Shown here one piece after another: positions 1 to 7,346 of a stretch of DNA of 32,000 bases. Each line of letters begins with the position of its first letter. Position 1 is the first letter of the stretch. This stretch comes from Erysipelotrichaceae bacterium MTC7 (GTDB lineage: Bacteria; Bacillota_I; Bacilli_A; Erysipelotrichales; Erysipelotrichaceae), in contig LVZN01000012.1 of the NCBI GenBank assembly GCA_001695645.1, positions 1-32,000 on the forward strand, given 5' to 3'. The position numbers and the translations under genes were made by a program. The notes under the pieces were generated by a model, which saw nothing but the letters and a program-made list of their open reading frames with translations, did no database searches and was not told where the DNA came from.

Positions 1-226
1 AAGTATATCACATTCTCACGCACATTCACGTAAGGCTAATGTTTTATTAAGATATCTCTTAGCTTTATAATACGAAATGATCACTAATTTCCCCCTTAAA
101 GTAATTCATCTTGTATGTGATTGATTGGAACGTTCCGAAAAAGCGTGTTGAATAAACAACCATTTTCAATTTTCATTATACCAATAGTTATAATTTACGC
201 AAGTATATTTTATAGTTTTTTTGAAG

Positions 227-255
227 TTGACACAATTTTTATACTGGTATATAAA
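227..255 (+). promoter_or_regulatory. sigma-A-type promoter (P1) of the first SIS gene
   Basis: TTGACA at 227-232. TGGTATATAAA at 245-255 offers TGn-TATATA (15-nt spacer) or TATAAA (17-nt spacer). It lies about 40 nt upstream of ATG 297. Confidence 0.6.
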
Positions 256-296
256 TAAAGTGAAGTGGATTACTAAAAAAACCACAAGGAGGGACT

Positions 297-1364
297 ATGG
301 AAAAAGCAACAATGATTGACTATATTCAAGAAAGTGCAGAGGTATGTCTAGCAAATATAAAACAGGGGAAAACATTGATTCAAAGTTTGTTGGATTGTTT
401 TCTAGAATGGGAGTATGAAAAGATATTGATCATTGCAAGTGGCTCAAGTGCAAATGCAGCTGAGTGTGTTAGATATTTTATGCAAGATTTCTTATACTGC
501 GATGTTGAGATTGTGAGTCCTTATACATTTACAAACTATACGAAGTATATAGACGACAAAACGTTTGTATTTACGATTAGTCAAAGTGGTGCAAGCACAA
601 ATACCATTGAAGCAATCAAGCGTATCAAAGCAATGAATCGCAAAGCAATTGTATTAACGGGTGATATTTGTAGCGATGTAGCTATTGCTGATGTTGTAGT
701 TGACTATGGTGTTGGAAAAGAAAGTGTCGGATTTGTCACAAAAGGGGTCAATACACTGGCACTTTACTTATGCCTTTTTTCTTTACATACATCTTATCAG
801 CTGGAATATTTAAGCATGCAAGGCATGCAAAAGTATATCAATCAACTCGAAGCGATTTATAAAGATCATCCCAAACTCACTAGTCAAGCAACTGCATTCT
901 ATAAGCAGCATCGAAAGGAATTTTTGGGAACTCGTACGTTAATAATCTGTGGAGTCGGACCAAACATGGGTACAGCTAAAGAAGGAGCCTTAAAGGTAAC
1001 GGAAACAGTTAAAATACCGACCATAGCCTTTGAAGTTGAAGAATACATTCATGGACCAAATTTACAAATAAACCCTTCATATACGGTTATCTTTATTGAC
1101 AATAATGATGTTTGTTCAAAACGCATACAAGATATTTGGAAAGCGACAACTTGCATTACAGATCGTAGTTATTTGTTATCTGCTCATGTAGATGGAGAGA
1201 ACGTGTATACACTTGCGCATGAAGTTTTACCAAGTCTATCTGCACTTTCTTATCTTATCTTTTTTCAAGTGTTAGCATACCAGATGACAAACGATACCAA
1301 CCAATGGAAAGACTATATTTTAATGGATGATTTCCAAAAAGTTGTAAAAAGCAAAACAAAATAA
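297..1364 (+). CDS. double-SIS-domain sugar-phosphate isomerase/deglycase (AgaS/FrlB/GlmS-C-like)
   Basis: 355-aa ORF with SD AAGGAGGG just upstream. SIS motifs ILIIASGSSANAA and ISQSGASTNT are in the N-terminal half and LIICGVGPNMGTAKEGALK is in the C-terminal half. The gene has its own promoter and terminator. Confidence 0.8.
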   Translation: MEKATMIDYIQESAEVCLANIKQGKTLIQSLLDCFLEWEYEKILIIASGSSANAAECVRYFMQDFLYCDVEIVSPYTFTNYTKYIDDKTFVFTISQSGASTNTIEAIKRIKAMNRKAIVLTGDICSDVAIADVVVDYGVGKESVGFVTKGVNTLALYLCLFSLHTSYQLEYLSMQGMQKYINQLEAIYKDHPKLTSQATAFYKQHRKEFLGTRTLIICGVGPNMGTAKEGALKVTETVKIPTIAFEVEEYIHGPNLQINPSYTVIFIDNNDVCSKRIQDIWKATTCITDRSYLLSAHVDGENVYTLAHEVLPSLSALSYLIFFQVLAYQMTNDTNQWKDYILMDDFQKVVKSKTK

Positions 1365-1396
1365 GAAAATGTGAAAATCAAAATTACGCGATAAAT

Positions 1397-1436
1397 AAAA
1401 GGAAATTACAATATTTGAGATTTCCTTTTTATATTT
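1397..1436 (+). terminator. rho-independent terminator
   Basis: Stem AAGGAAAT (1399-1406) pairs with ATTTCCTT (1420-1427) around a 13-nt loop, followed by a T-rich tail. Confidence 0.75.
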
Positions 1437-1453
1437 TGTTAGTAATTTTTTCA

Positions 1454-1467
1454 AGAAAGCGCTTGCA
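1454..1467 (+). promoter_or_regulatory. cre-like (CcpA) box overlapping the -35 of P2
   Basis: AGAAAGCGCTTGCA compared with the cre consensus TGWAANCGNTNWCA has 2 mismatches by hand count. The central CG is kept. Confidence 0.35.
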
Positions 1468-1491
1468 AATATAAAAATCTACTGGTATATT
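1463..1491 (+). promoter_or_regulatory. sigma-A-type promoter (P2) of the SIS-HAD-PTS-aldolase operon
   Basis: TTGCAA at 1463-1468, a 17-nt spacer, then extended -10 TGG-TATATT at 1483-1491. Confidence 0.6.
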
Positions 1492-1591
1492 GAAAATGTA
1501 AAGTGGATTAGCAAAGAAACCACAAGAGGGCCCAGAGGTTTCTGATAGGATACGCTTTATGTTTCATTATCGATTGATTGAGGAGGACAAA

Positions 1592-2623
1592 ATGGAAAAA
1601 GAAAAAGTAACATTAGCAAAATTTGATGTAGAAAAATATCTTAAAGAAGGTGATGCAATTTATGCACAACGCGCAGAAGTTGAAAAAGTTGCAGATGAGA
1701 TCGTTGAAAAAGGATTCAAAAACATTTTCTTTTTAGGAATTGGAGGAACATACGCAGAGTTTGATCCAGTTAAATACTTTATGGATAAATATGGTGATTT
1801 AGAAGTTTATTTAGTTGAAGCTGCTGAAATTAACGTTGCACGTCCTAAAAAGCTAACAAAAGATTCTGTAGTAATTACAGCAAGTGCTTCTGGAGATACA
1901 AAAGAAATCGTTGAAGCAGCTACTTGGATTAAAGCAGAAGGAATTGAAGTTGTGTCATTCACAAAACATGACAGCCCTTTAGGAAAAGTTTCAACAAAAA
2001 TTATCCAAGCAGATGTAACAACAGGTATGTGTGAATACAGTTACTTGTTATTTGACTTATTGGCGTTACGTATTTTAAACAAAATGGGATTCTTCCCAAA
2101 ATACGAAACATTTGCTGATCAAATGAAAGGAATCTTCAAAAACTTAGTTGCAATTCGCGAACAATTCGATCCAAAAGCTGAAGAGATTGCTAAGAAATAC
2201 TACAACGAACCTTATAACATTTGGGTTGGTTCTGGTGCAACTTGGGGTGAAACATACTTGTTCTCAATGTGTATCCTAGAAGAAATGCAATGGGTACGTA
2301 CAAAATCCGTTACTTCACCTGAATTCTTCCATGGTACACTAGAATTAGTAGAACCTGGAGTTCCAGTATTCTTGGTAAAAGGGGAAGATGAATACCGTAA
2401 ATTAGACACTCGTGTTGAACGTTTCTGTCAACGTTTCACAGATAAATTGGTTGTGTTTGATACACAAGAGTACGCGCTTGATGGTATTGATGACGAATTC
2501 AGAGTCATCGTTTCACCAATGATTGCAACATCAATTCTTACAGAACGTTTAGCAGCGCACTATGAAACATACACAAAACATAACTTAAACTATAGACGTT
2601 ACTACCGTCAATTCGAATATTAA
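1592..2623 (+). CDS. double-SIS-domain protein, FrlB/GfrE-like ketosamine-6-phosphate deglycase/isomerase family
   Basis: I start it at ATG 1592 (SD GAGGAGG 5 nt upstream) rather than the ORF-track 1559. SIS motifs are FFLGIGGTYAE, ITASASGDTKE and IWVGSGATWGETYLFSMCILEE. Confidence 0.8.
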   Translation: MEKEKVTLAKFDVEKYLKEGDAIYAQRAEVEKVADEIVEKGFKNIFFLGIGGTYAEFDPVKYFMDKYGDLEVYLVEAAEINVARPKKLTKDSVVITASASGDTKEIVEAATWIKAEGIEVVSFTKHDSPLGKVSTKIIQADVTTGMCEYSYLLFDLLALRILNKMGFFPKYETFADQMKGIFKNLVAIREQFDPKAEEIAKKYYNEPYNIWVGSGATWGETYLFSMCILEEMQWVRTKSVTSPEFFHGTLELVEPGVPVFLVKGEDEYRKLDTRVERFCQRFTDKLVVFDTQEYALDGIDDEFRVIVSPMIATSILTERLAAHYETYTKHNLNYRRYYRQFEY

Positions 2624-2625
2624 TC

Positions 2626-3276
2626 ATGAACATAGAAGCAGTAATCTTCGATATGGATGGCGTCATCATTGATTCAGAACCCTATAATTTATATGAGTTT
2701 TATTGCTTTGCACAACAACATGGCATTATCTTACCCATGGAAGACTTACAGAAGATTATCGGGACTAGTCATGAAGTGACATGGAACTATCTTGCTTCTT
2801 GGTTACAGTTGGACAAAAATGCATTAGAAATGGATGCGTATTACCGAGAAACGTACCAGGGAGAAACATTCGATGTTACTGATTTCTTACAACCATATCT
2901 TAAATTCTTATTGAAAGAATTAAAAAAACGAAAGATGAAACTTGCCGTTGCTAGTTCCAATGATCCAGATATTATTGAACATGTGTGTAAAGAGAACGGT
3001 ATAACATCTTACTTCGATTCTATTGTGAGTGGTCGCATGTTTACAAAAAGTAAGCCAGATCCTGAGATTTATTTATATACCTTGCATGCACTTGGTGTAA
3101 GTGCAAATAAGGCAATTGTAATTGAAGACTCACAAGCAGGTATCGAAGCTGCAAAACAAGCTGGAATCACCGTGATAGCGATTAAAGACCATCGCTATCA
3201 CATTGACCAGCATCAAGCAGATTATCTTGTTGAAGATTTGTTTGAAGCGTATCAACTAATTACAAATCTCGTATAA
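2626..3276 (+). CDS. HAD-superfamily hydrolase, beta-phosphoglucomutase/sugar-phosphatase subfamily IA
   Basis: Motif I FDMDGVIIDSE, motif II LAVASSN, a conserved Lys in KSKPDPE, and motif III IEDSQAGIEAAKQAG. Confidence 0.85.
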   Translation: MNIEAVIFDMDGVIIDSEPYNLYEFYCFAQQHGIILPMEDLQKIIGTSHEVTWNYLASWLQLDKNALEMDAYYRETYQGETFDVTDFLQPYLKFLLKELKKRKMKLAVASSNDPDIIEHVCKENGITSYFDSIVSGRMFTKSKPDPEIYLYTLHALGVSANKAIVIEDSQAGIEAAKQAGITVIAIKDHRYHIDQHQADYLVEDLFEAYQLITNLV

Positions 3277-3289
3277 AGGAGTAGAGCAA

Positions 3290-4114
3290 ATGAATGAATT
3301 GTGTGCAATGAATGGACATTATCGATTCTATCAACTGGAAACTTTCTTTGAAAAAGTAGCAGCTATAGGATTCAAAAAAGCTGAAATATGGACCGGACCT
3401 CATCATTATTTCATGGATTATCAAGGTTATGAGGATATTGGTAAATTACAGACATTGGAAAAGCAATACGGTGTGAAAATTGAAGTGATTTGTCCAGAAC
3501 AAACCAACCCAAAACCAAACAACATGGCAACAAACAATCCACAAGCACAAAAGCGTGTGGAAGCATATTTCAAAAATGCAATTGATGTAGCCAGTCAACT
3601 ACAAGCAAAATTTGTCCTAGTTACAAGTGGGTGGGCATTTCTTGATGAACCAGTCGATGAAGCATGGAAGCGTAGTGTAGCTATGATGAAAAAACTGACG
3701 GCATACGCAAGTCAAAAACATGTACGTTTAGCGATTGAAGCGCTGCAAAAAGATGAATCAAGACTGGTGAATTCCGTTGCTAGCTTACAAGCATATTTAC
3801 AAGATGTAAATGATACGAACTTAGGTGTTTGCATTGATTTTGGGGCAATGGCAGGAGCAAAGGAAACCATCGAGGATTATTTTAAAGTATTTGGTAAACG
3901 AATTGTTCATGTTCATTTCGTTGATGGTAAACCGGTTGGACACTTAGCTTGGTCGGATGGATCAAGAAATATGCAAGTGGACTTAAAAACCTTGGATACG
4001 TTTGGATATGAAGGTTTGCTATCACTAGAAAGTGTCAATTCCATTTATTTTGAAAAGCCATACGTTGCAGATCAAAAAACAATGAAGCAATATCAAGAAT
4101 GTAGTAAGGAGTAG
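3290..4114 (+). CDS. sugar-phosphate isomerase/epimerase (xylose-isomerase-like TIM barrel)
   Basis: 274 aa with SD AAGGAG. The beta-strand/acidic pattern is typical of the family (FKKAEIW, FVLVTSGW, VRLAIEAL, IVHVHFVDG). Confidence 0.65.
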   Translation: MNELCAMNGHYRFYQLETFFEKVAAIGFKKAEIWTGPHHYFMDYQGYEDIGKLQTLEKQYGVKIEVICPEQTNPKPNNMATNNPQAQKRVEAYFKNAIDVASQLQAKFVLVTSGWAFLDEPVDEAWKRSVAMMKKLTAYASQKHVRLAIEALQKDESRLVNSVASLQAYLQDVNDTNLGVCIDFGAMAGAKETIEDYFKVFGKRIVHVHFVDGKPVGHLAWSDGSRNMQVDLKTLDTFGYEGLLSLESVNSIYFEKPYVADQKTMKQYQECSKE

Positions 4115-4118
4115 AAAG

Positions 4119-4532
4119 ATGAGACATTACATAATAGCATCACATGGAACATTTGCAAAAGGAATTTATGAAAGCATTAAGATCATTATTGGTGAACAAG
4201 AAAATGTAACTATTATTAATGGTTATGTGGAAGACACAAATATTGAAAAACAAGTGAAAGAGACGTTTGATCGTATTCCAGAAGAAGCAGAAATCGTTGC
4301 TTTGACTGACGTGTTTGGTGGAAGCGTAAACAACGAGTTTATGAAGTATATCCAACGAGATAACTACTATTTAATTACGGGTATGAATTTGCCGTTGTTA
4401 ATGCAAGTATTTCTAGCAGACCCAAGTGTGGATATTGCCACAACACTTGATCAAATAACAAGCAGTGTTGATACGGCACCAACGTTTTGCAACAAATTAT
4501 TTAACGATGTGAATGATGATGACGAGTTTTAA
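4119..4532 (+). CDS. PTS mannose/sorbose-family EIIA
   Basis: The N-terminus MRHYIIASHGTFAKG carries the phospho-His context (xxxTHG-like). The size (137 aa) and the position before IIB/IIC/IID fit. Confidence 0.85.
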   Translation: MRHYIIASHGTFAKGIYESIKIIIGEQENVTIINGYVEDTNIEKQVKETFDRIPEEAEIVALTDVFGGSVNNEFMKYIQRDNYYLITGMNLPLLMQVFLADPSVDIATTLDQITSSVDTAPTFCNKLFNDVNDDDEF

Positions 4533-4546
4533 AGGAGGATTTTATA

Positions 4547-5017
4547 ATGATTAAACTAGTAAGGGTAGATCACAGATTATTACATGGACAAGTGGCATTT
4601 TCTTGGACAAATGGAGTCGGAGCAGACTGTATTTTAGTTGCTAGTGATTCAGTGGTTAATGACGATGTATGGAAAACCACTTTAAAACTTGGAAAACCTT
4701 CAGGTTGTAAATTGGTAATTAAGGATATGAAAAATTCTATTGAAGCAATCAATAGTGGAGTAACAGATAAATACAAATTAATTATTGTTGTGCAAAGCAT
4801 TGAAGAAGCCCAACAATTGGTGGAAGGCTGTCCATCAATTCAAAGTATTAACTTAGGAAATACGAAAGAAGAAGGTGACACAAGAGCATTGAGTAAACAA
4901 ATTTTTGTGACACAAAAAGAAGCAGACATTCTACAATCATTTATTGATAAAGGACTGGAAGTAGAAATTCGTCCGTTGGTAGATGATAAAAAAATACTTG
5001 TCAAAAACGTACTATAA
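4547..5017 (+). CDS. PTS mannose/sorbose-family EIIB
   Basis: The N-terminal VRVDHRLLHGQV matches the RIDDRLIHGQV phospho-His signature. 156 aa. Confidence 0.9.
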   Translation: MIKLVRVDHRLLHGQVAFSWTNGVGADCILVASDSVVNDDVWKTTLKLGKPSGCKLVIKDMKNSIEAINSGVTDKYKLIIVVQSIEEAQQLVEGCPSIQSINLGNTKEEGDTRALSKQIFVTQKEADILQSFIDKGLEVEIRPLVDDKKILVKNVL

Positions 5018-5038
5018 CTATAGACAGGAGGGAAGACA

Positions 5039-5821
5039 ATGTTGTTAGAATCAATTTTATTGGGTCTAGTTGCTGTATGGGGAGTGCTGGATTACCAATT
5101 TGGAACATTATATACATTTAGACCAATTACGACTGGTCCAATTGTAGGGTTAATTTTGGGTGACTTCGAAATGGGGATAACAGTAGGTGCCAGCCTAGAA
5201 TTAATCTTTATGGGTGCAATTTCGGTTGGTGCATATATACCACCAGATGTTGTTGTTGGTGGAATTTTAGGAACTGCTTTTGCAATCACAACAGGAGCAG
5301 GAGTAGAAACAGCAATTACGCTTGCAATGCCAATTGCTTTAATTGCATTATCAATTAGTAATTTTATTGCAGCTTTAACACCAGCATTTCTAAAAATAGC
5401 TGATGATGCTGCAACCAAAGGTGACTCGAAAAGAATTACCAAAGTTCACTGGTTGATGGGGGCTTTTGGAGTAGTAGAAAAATTCTTACTAGTTTCTTTA
5501 TCGTTCTATTTTGGAGTAGATGCTGTACAAGCAGTCATTGGTTCAATTCCTGAAGTTGCAATCAATGGAATGGCGATTGCTGCTGGTATGTTACCAACAC
5601 TAGGATTCGCGATGTTAATGCGTATGATCCTAAACAAAAAACTTGTACCATTCTATTTCTTAGGATACACATTAACTGCATTTTTAGGAATGCCTGTACT
5701 AGGAGTTGCAATTATTGGTGTAATTATCGTGATTGAGAAATTTGGCTTCTTAGATAACAGTAAGAAATTTGCCACAGCAGATGGCGTACAAGAGGAGGAC
5801 ATGGATGATGACGACTTCTAA
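5039..5821 (+). CDS. PTS mannose/sorbose-family EIIC
   Basis: 260-aa polytopic membrane protein rich in G/A/I/L with an acidic C-terminal tail, located between IIB and IID. Confidence 0.85.
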   Translation: MLLESILLGLVAVWGVLDYQFGTLYTFRPITTGPIVGLILGDFEMGITVGASLELIFMGAISVGAYIPPDVVVGGILGTAFAITTGAGVETAITLAMPIALIALSISNFIAALTPAFLKIADDAATKGDSKRITKVHWLMGAFGVVEKFLLVSLSFYFGVDAVQAVIGSIPEVAINGMAIAAGMLPTLGFAMLMRMILNKKLVPFYFLGYTLTAFLGMPVLGVAIIGVIIVIEKFGFLDNSKKFATADGVQEEDMDDDDF

Positions 5822-6653
5822 TCAAAATACAGTAGAAAACCAACCATTAATCACAAAAAAAGAACTGACAAGAATGTGTTTCAACACTGGAGCCCTTGGA
5901 ATGGAGTACTCTTGGAACTATCCACGTCAAATGCACATGGCATTCTTATTGATGATTGATAAACAACTTAAGAAAATTTACAAAGACAATCCAGAGGGAT
6001 ATGCAGAAGCATTAACACGTCACATGGAATTCTTTAACATTACACCTCAGCTTGCACCATTTGTTGGTGGGATTGTTTTATCAATGGAAGAAGAACGTAA
6101 CAAAGGACTGATCGATGGTAGTGCAATTAGTGGAGTAAAAGCTGCACTAATGGGGCCACTTTCAGGAATAGGGGACTCTATTTTCTTAGGATGTATTCGA
6201 GTGATTGCACTTGGAGTTGGACTTTCATTAGCACAACAAGGAAATATACTTGGACCGATTCTGTATTTCTTAATTTATAACATTCCTGCATTCTTGGTTC
6301 GTGTGTTCGGTGCACATTTGGGTTATGACTTAGGATTTACATACCTACAAAAAGCACAAGCAAACGGTACAATGGATAGACTCATGCATGCTGCAGGTAT
6401 TCTTGGAATCATGGTTATTGGTTCAATGACTTGTGATATGTTCTGGGCAGAAGTATCTTTGAAAATCGGTAGTGGTGAAACAGCACAAACCTTACAAGAA
6501 ATTTTAGATGGAATCATGCCTGGCCTTGTTGGTCTAGGTGTAACATGGACATACTACTGGGCACTAGGTAAAAAAGTGGGACCAGTAAAACTTATCTTAT
6601 TAACTGTTGTATTTGGAATTGTAATGGCATACTTCGGCATCATGGCTGCATAG
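5805..6653 (+). CDS. PTS mannose/sorbose-family EIID
   Basis: I start it at ATG 5805 (SD AGGAGG 5792-5797), not the ORF-track TTG 5769. It overlaps the IIC gene by 17 nt. IID-like blocks are SWNYPRQMHMAF and HMEFFNITPQLAPFVGG. Confidence 0.85.
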   Translation: MMTTSNQNTVENQPLITKKELTRMCFNTGALGMEYSWNYPRQMHMAFLLMIDKQLKKIYKDNPEGYAEALTRHMEFFNITPQLAPFVGGIVLSMEEERNKGLIDGSAISGVKAALMGPLSGIGDSIFLGCIRVIALGVGLSLAQQGNILGPILYFLIYNIPAFLVRVFGAHLGYDLGFTYLQKAQANGTMDRLMHAAGILGIMVIGSMTCDMFWAEVSLKIGSGETAQTLQEILDGIMPGLVGLGVTWTYYWALGKKVGPVKLILLTVVFGIVMAYFGIMAA

Positions 6654-6659
6654 AAAAAC

Positions 6660-7298
6660 ATGATCAACAAGTATATCGATTATATACAAGATCCAAACGA
6701 TACGTATCAAACGTATTTAGAAAAAGCAAAAACGTACAATGTTCGTTGCATCTTTGCCGAAGAAGATCAATTAGAACAAACAAGAGCGTTTTTACAAGAT
6801 AGCAATATTATCGTTGCTGGAGCAATTGATTTTCCTGAAGGAAAGATGACCTTGGATGAAAAGTTAGAAGAATTCAAGCGGTATGCTACTTTAGGATATA
6901 AAGAAATTGATTATGTATTAAATCAAGAACATATTGAGAATCGTAATTTTGATGCCATTCTTGATGAATTGGTTCAAGTTGCTTATTTCTGTAAACAACA
7001 CAACATTGTGGATAAAGCAATTGTTGAGATGTGTAAGTTGGATGATACTTCCAAAGAAAAAGTTTGCCAATTAGCAAATATTGCAAAACCTGTCTTCTTA
7101 AAGACTTCGACAGGTCGCAGTTTTGGTGGAGCAACACTCGAAGATGTGAAGTTGATGAGAAAGACCTTAGACAATCAAATACAGATTAAAGCAGCCGGTG
7201 GTATAAGAACATACCAAGATGCAAAATCATTTGTAGAAGCTGGAGCAAATGCCTTAGGTGCAAGTGCTGCCATCGCTATCATTGAAGGCGAAAAATAA
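6660..7298 (+). CDS. DeoC/LacD-family class I aldolase (deoxyribose-phosphate-aldolase-like)
   Basis: LKTSTGRSFGGATLEDVKLM (Schiff-base Lys context) and IKAAGGIRTYQDA match DeoC signatures. No obvious SD is present; the start is 6 nt after the IID stop. Confidence 0.75.
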   Translation: MINKYIDYIQDPNDTYQTYLEKAKTYNVRCIFAEEDQLEQTRAFLQDSNIIVAGAIDFPEGKMTLDEKLEEFKRYATLGYKEIDYVLNQEHIENRNFDAILDELVQVAYFCKQHNIVDKAIVEMCKLDDTSKEKVCQLANIAKPVFLKTSTGRSFGGATLEDVKLMRKTLDNQIQIKAAGGIRTYQDAKSFVEAGANALGASAAIAIIEGEK

Positions 7299-7301
7299 AT
7301 A

Positions 7302-7332
7302 AAACCGGCATGCGTTGGCATGTCGGTTTTTT
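7302..7332 (+). terminator. rho-independent terminator of the PTS operon
   Basis: ACCGGCATG (7304-7312) pairs with CATGTCGGT (7319-7327) with one G:U pair, followed by a T6 run. Confidence 0.8.
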
Positions 7333-7346
7333 GAAAGGAGGAATGC

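Noticed and set aside
175-203. Minus-strand promoter-like element (TTGCGT-16-TGG-TATAAT read on the minus strand)
   Set aside because: The hexamers are good, but the 170 nt downstream on the minus strand hold only 14-21-codon ORFs before the window edge. I cannot tie it to any gene or RNA.
756-773. Sigma-54-like TGGCAC-N5-TTATGC string
   Set aside because: It lies inside the first SIS coding region. The -12 element is imperfect, and no enhancer-binding protein (LevR/NtrC type) is encoded in the window.
1559-1591. N-terminal extensions offered by the ORF track (1559; also 5769, 10090, 16644, 21237, 25736, 27679)
   Set aside because: In each case an internal ATG preceded by a strong AGGAGG-type SD at 5-9 nt gives a protein that starts where homologs normally do: 1592, 5805, 10123, 16662, 21252, 25793 and 27721. 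The upstream starts lack an SD or are TTG/GTG codons inside promoter sequence.
5092-5442. Antisense or alternative-frame ORFs embedded in recognised genes (5092-5442, 12989-13321, 22838-23164, 24489-24815, 28305-28625, 28572-28862 and the shorter ones)
   Set aside because: All lie fully inside CDSs with strong family signatures on the other strand or frame. None has an SD or a recognisable motif. They are shadow ORFs expected in this codon usage.
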